Made by a program: the position numbers and the translations under genes. This document shows, one piece after another, positions 25,888-37,349 of a stretch of 64,000 nt of DNA (positions are counted from its first letter, which is position 1; each line of letters starts with the position of its first letter). The notes under the pieces were generated by a model, which saw nothing but the letters and a program-made list of their open reading frames with translations, did no database searches and was not told the DNA's origin. This DNA comes from Scyliorhinus canicula (taxonomy: Eukaryota). The stretch covers positions 25,774,135-25,838,134 of the forward strand of contig NC_052146.1 in NCBI RefSeq assembly GCF_902713615.1, written 5' to 3'.

Positions 25888-26231
25888 CATAGAATTTACA
25901 GTACAGAAGCAGGCCATTCGGCCCATCGAGTCTGCACCGGCTCTTGGAAAGAGCACCCTACTCAAGCCCACACCTCCACCCTATCACCATAACCCAGTAA
26001 CCCCACCCAACACTAAGGGCAATTTTGGACACTGAGGGCAATTTATCATGGCCAACCCACCTAACCTGCACATCTTTGGACTGTGGGAGGAAACCGGAGC
26101 ACCCGGAGGAAACCCACGCACACACGGGGAGGATGTGCAGACTCCGCACAGACAGTGACCCAAGCCGGATCGAACCTGGGACCCTGGAGCTGTGAAGCAA
26201 TTATGCTATCCACAATGCTACCGTGCTGCCC
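25888..26231 (-). mobile_element. HE1-like SINE
   Basis: Reverse GGGCAGCACGGTAGCA head, V core and CR1-type tail. Confidence 0.88.
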
Positions 26232-26814
26232 ACTTATCCCCCAGTATAACCCGTATCTTCGCAGAAGACTTTTATTTACTCACCACTTAGTAACTTACAC
26301 ATGGGTCCAGGTTGCTAAGTGACCTAAAATAAACTTTTTAAAGAAAATACTAATAACCACTTTTTCAGGTTATCAATTTGAACTTAACTTTATTTTCAAG
26401 TTAAAAGAGAATAACTACTTTTACAGAAAGGTAAAAAGATCTTTTCCTGTTCGGACCAGTTGCAGACTTTCAAGTCTCTCTTGACAATCAATTTTCTTTA
26501 ACTTTGGGTCTTCTGTTTGATTCTCTGGGTGGCTCGGTCTGTCAATGTTGCTCGCCCATCACTGAGGAAGATTGGTGGCTCTCTGCTCATCTCCATCAGA
26601 TTTTATAGGAATTTGGGGCCCCTTAATCTCTGCACCTGGCATCCTATAGCCTGGCTGCTTGACAGTTTGAAGGTTAGGTTTTATCGATTAAGAAGCATTG
26701 CGCTGCCCTAACCACAATCGTGCAGCTACCTCCTCACCAGCTCGCCATTCCTGACTGTAACTTTTCCCGCTTTTCTTGACATGTAATTAATCTGAGTCTT
26801 AGTTATCATTTTTA

Positions 26815-27154
26815 CATAGAATTTGCAGTGCAGAAGGAGGCCATTCGGCCCATCGAGTCTGCACCGGCTCTGGGAAAGAGCATCCCACCCAAGGTCAATA
26901 CCTCCACCCCATCCCCATAACCCAGTAACCCCACCCAACACTAAGGGCAATTTTGGACACTAAGGGCAATTTAGCATGGCCAATCCACCTAACTTGCACA
27001 TCTTGTGGGAGGAAACCAGAGTACCCGGAGGAAACCCACGCACACACGGAGAGGATGTGCAGACTCCGCACAGACAGTGACCCAAGCCGGAATCGAACCT
27101 GGGACCCTGGAGCTGTGAAGCGATTGTGCTATCCACAATGCTACCGTGCTGCCC
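26815..27154 (-). mobile_element. HE1-like SINE
   Basis: Same head, core and tail as 25888-26231. Confidence 0.88.
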
Positions 27155-27540
27155 TTAACTTTTGGTCTTTTGGATTTTGGATTTCTTATGTGTCTCTTAA
27201 TGAGTTTTCTTTGATTTGACTCGGGTCATTTTTGGGTTAAGCTAATGTCATATTAGCGTTATCTCTTCCGACTCCAACGTTATTTGCCTTGTTCATCTTC
27301 TACAAGGTTTTAACTTCAAAATGATATAAGCTATAGTGTAGCCTTGTCACCTTTTAGTTTTTCTTAATTTGTAAATCAGTTGTTTCATTTTATTACCTGT
27401 ATCAGCAACTTTTCATACTTGGCAGTTGTTCCTTATCTTTACACTTTAGATTCTGGCTGTCTTTCTTAATTGTTCAATAAATTCCATTGCTTCAAGATTT
27501 GTGAAATACTGTTTCCTTTCATATAGCTTTTAAGTTAACA

Positions 27541-27710
27541 GGGGCTGGTTTAGCTCACAAGGCTAAATCGCTGGCTTTTAAAGCAGACCAAGCAGGTCAG
27601 CAGCACGGTTCGATTCCCGTACCAGCGCCGGAATGTGGCGACTAGGGGCTTTTCACAGTAACTTCATTGAAGCCTACTCGTGACAATAAGCAATTTTCAT
27701 TTCATTTTCA
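27541..27710 (+). mobile_element. Short tRNA SINE (GGGGCTGGTTTAGC head, GTGACAATAAG tail)
   Basis: A-box-like TTTAGCTCA, B-box-like GGTTCGATTCCC, (TTTCA)n tail. Confidence 0.8.
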
Positions 27711-28314
27711 TAAGAGTTTAAGTCAATCCAAGGACTTTTCTAATTTGTAGATTATAATGAAGCTCCTATCTGTTCTCTTCCCTGTCTGTGAAGTTGTCTG
27801 CTTTCAAAACAGGCTGCTGCTGCTGTTAACCCCTTGTGGGACTTCTCCCTTTGATACATGTAGCCTCAGACACTCTTAGTGTTACTTTCATGTTTCAAAT
27901 GTCATTTTCTTCCGAGTTTTCACAACACGTGGAGGAGGTGTTGTTTATTCTTACTGATTGTGGTCTATCGGTCAGAAAGTCGAGGATCCGGTTGCAGAGT
28001 GAGGAACCAAGTGCTAGGTTTTGGAGCTTTGATATGAGCTTGGCTGGGATTATAGTGTTGAAGGCAGAGCTGTAGTCAATAAATAGGAGTCTGACATTGG
28101 AGTCCTTGTTGTCGAGATGCTCCAGGGATGAGTGTAGGGCCAGGGAGATGGCTTCTGCTGTGGACCGGTTGCAGCGGTATGCGAATTGCAGTGGATCTAG
28201 GTATTCTGGGAGTTTGGAGTTGATGTGCCTCATGACCAACCTCTCGAAGCATTTCATTGCAATCAATGTCAGGGCCACCGGACGGTAGTCATTGAGGCTC
28301 GTTGCCTGGTTCTT

Positions 28315-29040
28315 AGAATAAAGAACAGTACAGCACAGTACAGGCCCTTCGGCCACAATGTTGTACCGACCATTTATCCTAATCTAAGATCACCCTAACT
28401 GACACCCGTTCAATTTACTGCTGTCCGTGTGCCTGTCCAAGAGTCGCTTAAATTGTCCTAATAACTCTGACTCCACCACCCCTGCTGGTAGAGAATCCCA
28501 CGCACCCACCATTCTCTGTGTAAAGAACCTACCTCTGACATTTCCCCTATACCTTCCTCCAATCACCTTCAAATTATGTCCCCTCATTACAGCCATTTCC
28601 ACCCTGGGGAAAAGTCTCTGGCTATCCATTCTATCCATTCCTCTCATCACATTGCATACCTCGATCAAGTCACCTCTCTGCCTTCTTTGCACCAGTGAGA
28701 AAAGCCCAGGGTCCCTCAACCTTTCTTTGTAAGACATGCCCTCCAGTCCAGGCAGCATCTTGGTAAATCTCCTCTGCACCCTCTCCAAAGCATCCACATC
28801 CTTCCTATAATGAGGCGACCAGAACTGGACACAATATTCCAAGTGTGGTCTAACCAGGGTTTTATAAAGCTGCAGCAAAACCTTGCGGCTCTTAAACTCA
28901 ATCCCGCGGTTAATGAAAGTCAACTCACCATGCGCTTTCTTAACAACCCTATCAGCCTGGGTGGCAACTTTGAGGGATCTATGGACCCCAAGATCCCTCT
29001 GTTCCTCCACACTTCCAAGAATCCTGCCTTTAACCCTGTA
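28315..29040 (-). mobile_element. 5'-truncated CR1 LINE
   Basis: LYKTLVRPHLEYCVQFWSPHYRKDVDALERVQRRFTKMLPG. Longer copy at 55939-56760. Confidence 0.92.
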
Positions 29041-29084
29041 GTGTTCAGTCAAAGATGTGGCTCTAGGATTGGGCTCATCAGCAA

Positions 29085-29127
29085 TGCAAGGACTCGCAGA
29101 GCCTGCATATTGTCCCCATGTCTGCGT

Positions 29128-29158
<31 letters not shown>

Positions 29159-29320
29159 ACAAGTTCTGCTTGTTTGCTTGTTAGGTGAATTGGACATTCT
29201 GAATTCTCCCTCTGTGTACCCGAACAGGTGCCGGAGTGTGGCAACTAAGGGCTTTTCACAGTAACTTCATTGCAGTGTTAATGTAAGCCTACTTTTGACA
29301 CTAATAAAGATTATAATAAT
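29085..29320 (+). mobile_element. V-core SINE fragment upstream of the B promoter
   Basis: GTCTGCGTGGGTTTCCTCCGGG core and GCCTACTTTTGACACTAATAAAGATTA tail. Confidence 0.75.
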
Positions 29321-29580
29321 GATTACAAAACCCGTGACCAGTATCACAGACAGTCATGCTTGTTAGTGAGTGATCGCTGAAGAACATTTAAATGGTTACA
29401 CATAAATGCAGCGTAAATGCTTGCTTTGTGTGTTTTAAAAGAAACTTTAAAAATGTAAACATTGAGTCAAGTTGATATGTGTAGGGGTAAAAAGTATTCA
29501 AACGGCTGAGGGAAATTTAGCATCATCACATTGCCCCCTGCCCCACCCACCCTGACATTTCGGCTGAAAAAGCTGGGAAG

Positions 29581-29598
29581 GAAATGGAAAGTGAAACT
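29581..29598 (+). promoter_or_regulatory. Distal triple-GAAA ISRE of ISG15-B1
   Basis: GAAATGGAAAGTGAAACT fits GAAANNGAAANNGAAACT, the same layout as the mammalian ISG15 ISRE. Confidence 0.85.
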
Positions 29599-29658
29599 GA
29601 TCAGAGGCTGTTTGCTGCTGACTGAGATCATTTGTCAGACTCTGCGGGGGTGTTTTCG

Positions 29659-29670
29659 GAAATTGAAACT
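29659..29670 (+). promoter_or_regulatory. Proximal ISRE of ISG15-B1
   Basis: GAAATTGAAACT, followed by GC box GGGGCGGG 29687-29694, TGACGT 29743-29748 and A-rich box AATAAAAG 29767-29774. Confidence 0.8.
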
Positions 29671-29982
29671 TTAGCTCAGATCTGGAGGGGCGGGTTTATG
29701 GCAGAGCCAGGAGTGTTGGGCAATTAGAGAGCAGCAAAGCTGTGACGTTCGGAAACAAGCTGGGCGAATAAAAGTAGAGGGAGCCAGGCAGAGAGACAGA
29801 GAATTGTTAAACGGAGACACACAGCAACATACAGAGCAGCAGAAGCAAAGAGTTTAATTCACACATCTCACCCAGATCTGAGAGTCGGTGCGAAGATAAA
29901 CAGAGAAGGTGAACTGCACAGAAACGGTGCATCAGAAAATATCCAGCTGTTTACCTTTCCTGGATCTGTGCACCCTGCACCT

Positions 29983-30874
29983 GTAAGTTCATTCTGCTGT
30001 TTGGGGATTCTTTTAATATTCTATTTCTCATTCTGTTTGGGGGCTATTTTAATATTCTATTTCTGGTGTGTAAATTGGGATGTTCTGAATCTCAGACGCA
30101 ATTTATGAAAAATGATTGTTAAAACTGGGTGGGAAAAATAAAACAGTACTTTTAAACTTTCAAGCTTGTTGGAGACAAGGTAGTATCTTTATGTGAAGTT
30201 CGATGTCCGTTATTCCAAGGGAGTTATTCACATATTTGAAATCAATGCATTCACCATTTATTAACCAAAATTACAAATTTTTAAAATCTAAAATAATAAG
30301 ATAGGTTAGGGGTGAATTGATATGGGGGGGAGGGGTCTGAATGTGTTATGTTCAATTTCACTCAGAATTAAATATAAAATTATATCATTTGAACGTGGTG
30401 AAGGTACAAGAGAATAAATATCATTGCAAATTTAAATAGCAAGAGAGATGTAAGTGAGATAAAACATCGCTGTCTCCCCGGGGCAGAACTAGATTTTGGG
30501 CAGTCTGACAAATCCACTTTCATCTCAGTGTAGTATTTAAAACAAACACATTTGAGAAAGATTCTACACAACGAGCAAAGTACTGCGTGAGTGACATCGA
30601 GGTAGCATTTGACCCAGTGAGACCTGACAGCCCCTATACCACACACCCACCGGCTGTTCAGTGTGCACAAAGTCCATAGTTTGTCCCATTGTGAATAAAA
30701 CATTGAAAGGAAGTTTGATTGAGTTGGGAGTAGAATAGGTGCAGAATACACAATATATTAGTTCCCTCGATTCTGTCACTGTCTGGACAATGTATTGCAT
30801 GTTTAAAATTATGTGATTGATACACAATACAAAACATCTCCACGGTCACTGACATTTTGTTCATTTCTCAACAG
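29983..30874 (+). other. Putative 5'-UTR intron of ISG15-B1
   Basis: Donor CT|GTAAGT, branch-like CTGAC and acceptor TTTTGTTCATTTCTCAACAG. A 5'-UTR intron is typical of fish ISG15 genes. Confidence 0.78.
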
Positions 30875-30886
30875 CAATTTGACAAG

Positions 30887-31354
30887 ATGAGACTCCAGGT
30901 GAAGTTTATGACCGGTGAGATTATTGAACTTGAGATCGACCCTTCCATCCAAGTCTCAGCTCTCAAGAAGATGATATATGAAAAAACCAAGGTGGCCCAT
31001 TTCCGTCAGCGCCTGGTGGTACAAAACGGAAACACAGAGGAGCTGAGGGATGACAAGAGGCTGTGTGACTACAATGTCTCTCCCAGCAATGTTGTCATGC
31101 TGATTGTCAAGAAGGAGGAGCGCATGCAGATATTCCTGAAGAACGAAAAGGGGAAAACATCTACATATGATGTTCTTCCCACTGAGTCTGTTCAGGATTT
31201 AAAGGCACGCGTACAGCGGCAGGAGGGTGTCCCAGCCAATCAACAGCGCCTGGTGTATGAGGGCAGACAGCTAGAGGATGGTCACTCACTCGCTGACTAC
31301 AATATTCAGTCTGAGAGCACCATCTTCCTTACGCTGCGTCTACGAGGTGGTTAA
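30887..31354 (+). CDS. isg15: ISG15-like di-ubiquitin protein, type B copy 1 (155 aa)
   Basis: Two Ubl domains. [14 protein letters not shown]...[12 protein letters not shown] is close to canonical ISG15. ISREs upstream. The ATG is at 30887; the ORF-track start at 30857 is intronic. Confidence 0.95.
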   Translation: MRLQVKFMTGEIIELEIDPSIQVSALKKMIYEKTKVAHFRQRLVVQNGNTEELRDDKRLCDYNVSPSNVVMLIVKKEERMQIFLKNEKGKTSTYDVLPTESVQDLKARVQRQEGVPANQQRLVYEGRQLEDGHSLADYNIQSESTIFLTLRLRGG

Positions 31355-31953
31355 CTATGACAGCACCGATATAGAGTGTTAGATATTACACAAATTTCCC
31401 ATAAAACTCAATTACATTTTTCACAATGGTGCAAGGTCTATGAGGTTAAGGGTTTCAGTCAGTGAGTAAATAATACTTTGACTGTCACTCTTGGTTTGAT
31501 TCATTTATAACATTAGGGTGTTCATCACATGTTTGTGTTTGCTGACCAATCAGGCCATTACCTGCACTCTGCCTGCAAGAGATGTTAGGCAAAGCAGGGG
31601 AAGGTGTCCTTAGAACAGAAAGGTATTTTTTTATTTTCCAAATGGGGCCAAAGACAACAAAATATTTTTCTTTGCAATGTGAATTCAGGTTAGGCCCAAG
31701 TCTGGTGATTGTGGGAATTCGCTATGAAGGAGGTTGTGTGAGTGTCAGTGTTAATCTAATGTACATTTGCTCACAATATGAACATTATTCCAGTTCTTAT
31801 TGTCACTCAGGTTTGCCACAAGGTAGTTGATATGTAAAAAGATGAAATGGGACATTTTTTATTGTTTTGTACTGAAATGAGCCCAAATTAACTGTACATA
31901 ATGGTTAGCAAAAATGTTGAATGAAAATTTTCTCAGTTAACAATGATTATTCT

Positions 31954-32178
31954 GGGCAGCACAGTGGCGCAGTGGTTAGCACTGCTGCCTCACGGCACCA
32001 AGGTCCCAGGTTCAATCCTGGCTCTTGGTCACTGACCACGCGGAGTTTGCACATTCTCCCCGTGTTTGCGTGGGTGTCTCCCCCACAACCCAAAGATGTG
32101 CAGGGTAGGTGGATTGGTCACGCTAAATTGCCCCTTAATTGGAAAAAATTAATTGGGTACTCTAAATTTATTTTAAAA
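31954..32178 (+). mobile_element. V-core SINE with A-rich tail in the putative B1 3' UTR
   Basis: GGGCAGCACAGTGGCGCAGTGG head. 15-bp TSD AACAATGATTATTCT at 31939-31953 and 32179-32193. Confidence 0.88.
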
Positions 32179-32340
32179 AACAATGATTATTCTGCCAGTA
32201 TTTCTTTAGCCTTACTTTATGTGAGTAGATGTGTTTGTGTCCAAAATAGAAATGATTTAGTCAGACTGCTTCGTCCTTTGCAATGGCATTATTTGTGTCT
32301 TAGATTGTTCAATTTGTTAAAATATGCAATGTTACTTGAA

Positions 32341-32346
32341 AATAAA
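32341..32346 (+). terminator. Putative polyadenylation signal of ISG15-B1
   Basis: AATAAA with downstream TGTCTTGTTGTTTCT. Retained in B2. Confidence 0.5.
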
Positions 32347-32561
32347 GTTATTTCTTTCGATATAAATCAAAATGCTGTCTTGTTGTTTCTGCCTGGTGAC
32401 TATTTTTAAATCTGTATCATCTGTGAATCCATGTATCTTACATCAGGGACCAAATTTCAAACCATTTTCAGATGATTTATCCAAACCTAGAGTTTTATGA
32501 AAACAACATTGACTGATTGACTGAACACTCATTGGGGGTTGGATTGAGATTGTCCTCAATT

Positions 32562-32850
32562 GGGGAGGCCGTGGCATAGTGGTATTGTCACTGGATTAAT
32601 AATCCAGTATCCCAGGGTAATACTCTGAAGACCCAGGTTCAAATCCCACCAGGGCAGATGGTGAAATTTGTAGTAAAAACCCATCTGATTCATGCATATC
32701 CTTAAGGGAAGGAAGTCTGTCATCCTTACCTGGTCTGACCTAAATGTAACTCCAGATCCACAGCAATGTGGCTGATTCTTAAACACCCTCAGGAATGGGC
32801 AGTAAATGCTGACCCAGTGACACCCACATCCCATGAACAAATAAAGAAAA
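32562..32850 (+). mobile_element. tRNA-derived SINE of another family
   Basis: TGGCATAGTGG A box, GGTTCAAATCCC B box, CACCCACATCCCATGAACAAATAAA tail. Confidence 0.7.
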
Positions 32851-33502
32851 TAAAATTGAAGCAGCTAGTAACAATATCGAGAAACTGAATCAAGTGACTT
32901 ACAAACACAAAGGGCACACATTCATTTTAGTATTGCTGTGTACCAATTGTCTACATCTGCTTCCTGTGTGATCTTCTGTGAATAAAAGAACTCACCCGGG
33001 GTGTTCCCTATGTGTAAGCTGTGAGTTAACGCGACCCTGATGTCACCCAATCTAACCGGTCTAAGATGTGGTCAGATACATGACTGGAATTTAATGGCAG
33101 TGACTTTACACTCAAGGAAGTGTAGTTTCAGAGGGAGGTCCCCTGTGATTTTAAAAAGAGTGAGGCTACAATGGTAGAACAGTTTAAAGCTGAGATTGGA
33201 ACGGCCTAGAGCTGAGATCCAGACCAAGACCAGAGATTTTAGGGAGAAAAGGAAGAACTGTGAGTCTGAGAAAAATCCACAAAGTGGGGTCACAGCACAA
33301 GGAAGGAATGAGTGAGTTACAGATAAAAAGCACACCAATAACTGAAAATTATCATGGATTTAAAATAAAGACGAAATAAATTGAATAGATGCAAAACAAA
33401 CCCTTTAATTAATAAAATAAATAAAACAAGGTTAGCTGGAGATGGCAGTGTAGGTGGTTTGCCACAACAGCAGAATGTTGCTGTGATTCAAAGTGTCTGA
33501 TT

Positions 33503-33836
33503 CATAGAACAGTACAGCACAGAACAGGCCCTTCAGCCCTCGATGTTGTGCCGAGCAATGATCACCCTACTCAAACCCACGTATCCACCCGTAACCCAAC
33601 AACCCCCCTTAACCTTACTTTTTTTTTTAAGGACACTACGGGCAATTTATCATGGCCAATCCACCTAACCCGCACATCTTTGGACTGTGGGAGGAAACCA
33701 GAGCACCCGGAGGAAACCTACGTACACACAGGGAACACGTGCAGACTCCTCACAGACAGTGACCCAGCCGGGAATCAAACCTGGGACCCTGGAGCTGTGA
33801 AGCATTTATGCTAACCACCATGCTACCATGCTGCCC
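33503..33836 (-). mobile_element. HE1-like SINE present only in copy 1
   Basis: Empty site in copy 2 near 61311-61320 (CTGAATCAGAAG). ATTCA flanks. Confidence 0.88.
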
Positions 33837-33972
33837 ATTCAGAAGGGATTTCAACTTTGGAGGTGTTGAGCTGCAGTCTGAGATGCAGACATTGTGGGGA
33901 ATCAGAGAGGGAGAGAATTGCAAGTTCACTAAACCCAGGAGGCACACATCCTTTAGGTTAGGTCATGGGATT

Positions 33973-34340
33973 CAGGAGCAGGCAGGTGTGACTGTGAGTC
34001 GGGCAGGCATGGAGGCCCCAGGAGCAGGCAGGTGTAACTGTGAGTCGGGCAGGCATGGAGGCCCCAGGAGCAGGCAGGTGTGACTGTGAGTCGGGCAGGC
34101 ATGGAGGCCCCAGGAGTAGGCAGGTGTGACTGTGAGTCGGGCAGGCATGGAGGCCCCAGGAGCAGGCAGGTGTGACTGTGAGTCGGGCAGGCATGGAGGC
34201 CCCAGGAGCAGGCAGGTGTGACTGTGAATCGGGCAGGCATGGAGGCCCCAGGAGCAGGCAGGTGTGACTGTGAGTCGGGCAGGCATGGAGGCCCCAGGAG
34301 CAGGCAGGTGTGACTGTGAGTCGGGCAGGCATGGAGGCCC
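33973..34340. repeat. 46-bp minisatellite, 8 copies
   Basis: Unit CAGGAGCAGGCAGGTGTGACTGTGAGTCGGGCAGGCATGGAGGCCC. Confidence 0.95.
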
Positions 34341-34479
34341 CAGGTGCAGTGCTGGAGGAACCTCAGCGGTTGTCCTTATCTAACAGGTATGTGCTTCCTG
34401 CTGCCTGTGTGAGTGAGGGTTAAATCTGTCTGGTGGATGAGAAAACAGACGACAGCGCCATTGGACATGATGCCATTTA

Positions 34480-35990
34480 CAAAGAACAAAGAAAAGTACA
34501 GCACAGGAACAGGCCCTTCGGCCCTCCAAGCCTGTGCTGACCATGCTGTCCATCTAAACTAAAATCTTCTGCACTTAAGGGGTCCGTATTCTTCTATTCC
34601 CATCCTATTCATGTATTTGTCAAGATGCCCCTTAAACGTCACTATCGTCCCTGCTTCCACCACCTCCTCCGGCAGCGAGTTCCAGGCACCCACTACCCTC
34701 TGCGTAAAAACTTGACTCGTACATCTCCTCTAAACCTTGCCCCTCGCTCCTTAAACCTATGCCCCCTCAGAATTGACCCCTCTAGACTGGGAAAAGCCTC
34801 TGACTATCCACTCTGTCTCTGCCCCTCATCATTTTGTAGTCCTCTATCAGGTCGCCCCTCAACCTCGGTCGTTCCAGTGAGAACAAACCAAGTTTATTCA
34901 ACCGCTCCTCATAGCTAATGCCCTCCATACCAGGCAACATCCTGGTAAATCTCTTCTGCATCCTCTCTAAAGCCTCCACATCCTTCTGGTAGTGTGGTGA
35001 CCAGAATTGAACACTATACTCCAAGTGTGGCCTAACTAAGGTTCTATACAGCTGCAACATGACTTGCCAATTTTTAAACTCAATGCCCCGGCCAATGAAG
35101 GCAAGCATGCTGTGATGAATGTTATCAATAGCTGATATAATGGTACCTTACCTTTAATGCATTGGCCCTTTAAGACCGGGCTTGGAACCCTGGAGGACTC
35201 CGCCTCTGGCTCCACCCCATGGAAACGGTATACAAGTTAAGGCTCACTCAGGCCACATGTGATGAGCACACTTCTCGGCTGCTGTACAGTCCTCAGATGA
35301 TTAAAGCCTTTGAATCATCTATCTTCTCTCCTGTGTCGTGATTGAGGGTATCTCACATACTGTATGCCTTCTTGACTAACTTCTCCATTTGTGTTGCCCC
35401 TTTCAGTGACCTGTGAACCTGTACACCCAGATCTCTCTGACTGTCAATACTCTTGAGGGTTCTACCATTCACTGTATATTCCCTACCTGCATGAGACCTT
35501 CCAAAATGCAGTACCTCTCATTTGTCCGGATTAAACTCCATCTGCCATCTCTCCGCCCAAGTCTCCAAACGATCTAAATCCTGCTGTATCCTCTGACAGT
35601 CCCCATTGCTATCTGCAATTCCACTGATCTTTGTGTCGTCTGCAGTCATACTAATCAGACCAGTTACATTTTCCTCCAAGTCATTTATCTATACTATGAA
35701 CAGCAAAGGTCCTAGCACTGATCCCTGCGGAACACCACTAGTCACAGCCCTCCAATCAGAAAAACATCCTTCCATTGCTACTCTCTGCCTTCTGTGACCT
35801 AGCCAGTTCTGTATCCATCTTGCCAGCTCAGCCCTGAACCCGTGTAACTTCACCTTTTGTACCAGTCTGCCATGAGGGACCTTGTCAAAGGCCCTACCTG
35901 CATCAATCAGCTTTGTGATCTCCTTGAAAAACTCTATCAAGTTAGTGAGACACGACCTCCCCTTCACAAAACCATGCTGCCTCTCGCAGC
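34480..35990 (-). mobile_element. CR1 LINE 3' part (RT), interrupted by a solo LTR
   Basis: HGFVKGRSCLTNLIEFF, AFDKVPH, SGVPQGSVLGPLLFIV, LYRTLVRPHLEYSVQFWSP. Confidence 0.92.
35111..35355 (+). mobile_element. 245-bp solo LTR
   Basis: TGTGAT...ATCTCA ends, TATA-like box and ATTAAA. 5-bp TSD reconstructs as CATAC. Confidence 0.8.
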
Positions 35991-36162
35991 ATAATAATCG
36001 CTTATTGTCACAAGTAGGCTTCAATGAAGTTACTGTGAAAAGCCCCGAGTCACCACATTCCGGTGCCTGTTCGGGCAGGCCGGTACGGGAATTGAACCCA
36101 CGCTGCTGGCATTGTTCTGAATTGCAAGCCAGCTGTTTAGCCCACTGTGCTAAACCAGCCCC
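35991..36162 (-). mobile_element. GGGGCTGGTTTAGC-head SINE
   Basis: Reverse head and CTTGTGACAATAAGCG tail. Second copy near 63699-63870. Confidence 0.8.
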
Positions 36163-36603
36163 TGGGAATATAAGTTGCGGGGAATGTTTAGGCTTACAAC
36201 CGGCAATCACTAATTTTTGTAATTTTATTTCCTACTTTGAGGACATCAGTTAAAACGTAGGTGTGATTGAGCCTGGATGAATGTATCAATAGTAATCAGT
36301 GGAGATCTAATTAACTGTAGATGTGTTTTCTGAAGACTGTGTTTTTCACACTTTCAGGCTTTTACCCCAGCGACACTGAAGGAACGGCGATATATTTCCA
36401 AGTCAGAAAGGTGAGTGACTTGGAGGGGAACCTCCAGGTGGTGGATTTCCCAGGCTCCTGCTGCTGTTGTCCTTCTAGATGGTAGCGGTCTTGGGTTTGG
36501 AAGGTGCTGTCGAAGGAATCTTGGTGAGTTACTGCAGTGCATCTTGCAGAAAGGACACATGGCTGCCACTGTCCGTTGGTGTGGAGGGTTGAATGTCTGT
36601 GTG

Positions 36604-36831
36604 ATCCCACCTAACCTGCACATCTTTGGACACTAAGGTTCAATTTAGCACGGCCAATCCACTTAATCGGCACATTATTGGACTGTGGGAGGAAACCGGA
36701 GCACCCAGAGGAAACCCACTCCGACATGGGGAGAATATGCAAACTCCACACAGTCACCCAAGGTCGGACTTGAACCTGGGTCCCTGGGGCTGTGAGGGAG
36801 CAGTGCTAACCACTGTGACATTGTGCAGCCC
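36604..36831 (-). mobile_element. V-core SINE
   Basis: GGAAACCGGAGCACCCAGAGGAAACCCAC core and tRNA-like head on the - strand. Confidence 0.75.
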
Positions 36832-37349
36832 TGAGACAGGGGCCTCAAAAGGCTGAAATAAAGCCAGAAATTTAGCTTAAGGGTCAGAGCTTCCAGGATT
36901 CATGGCTGCAGCTGGAGTGGGTTAGGCGACTAAGGCTATGGAGGAAAGGACATCAATTCAACTGTCCTCAAGACTATTCATGAATTTGGGAATGTATGTA
37001 CTAAAGGAGGATTTTACCAATCTAACATCCTGTTGTGAAATGGACAATTTGGGGGTTTTGTTTGCGTTTTGAATAAAACTCCTTTTATTCTGACATTTAC
37101 ATTGAGAAAGTACTTTCTCCTTTCAATAAAGTTATCTTTCTTTTTACATCTTTCTTTTGATATTATTAACTATAATTTTTACATCACTATGATTATTGCA
37201 GTCACCATTATTTAATGAAATTGTTGTTTTAACACACTGCTTGGCATTGTCACTCATTCCTGTTACATCCAGAGTAAAGATCCCAACTTAAGTGAGACTC
37301 CACAAGGGACTCCTGTGACCACAACATCATCGAGGTTTTCCACTACTTG

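Larger units (their letters stand above)
25739..27927. mobile_element. TG...CA-bounded LTR-like insertion containing three nested SINEs
   Basis: TGTAG...CAACA ends with 4-bp flanks CATG/CGTG. The Rex1 sequence rejoins across it. Confidence 0.6.
24891..28312 (-). mobile_element. Rex1/Babar-like LINE split by an LTR-like insertion
   Basis: [53 protein letters not shown]...FYRCTIE, and a (TCCAA)n tail after GTGACAATAAG. Confidence 0.85.
4736..36254 (+). repeat. Tandem segmental duplication, copy 1 (aligned part)
   Basis: 4736 aligns to 41974 (TTGGGGGATGTTTGTGACC) and 36254 to 64000 (GAGGACATCAGTTAAA). Colinear, with scattered substitutions and indels. Confidence 0.95.

Noticed and set aside
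29509-29520. NF-kB site GGGAAATTTA upstream of B1
   Set aside because: It lacks the terminal CC of GGGRNNYYCC and differs in B2 (GGGAAATATA).
30857-30886. N-terminal extension [10 protein letters not shown] of type B (also 58719)
   Set aside because: The start is a TTG in the intron's polypyrimidine tract. The same acceptor precedes the A genes, and the true start is the ATG at 30887/58749.
33953-34345. CRISPR-like array or repeat protein (also 61430-62050)
   Set aside because: Head-to-tail 46-bp units without unique spacers in eukaryotic DNA. The unit length is not a multiple of 3.
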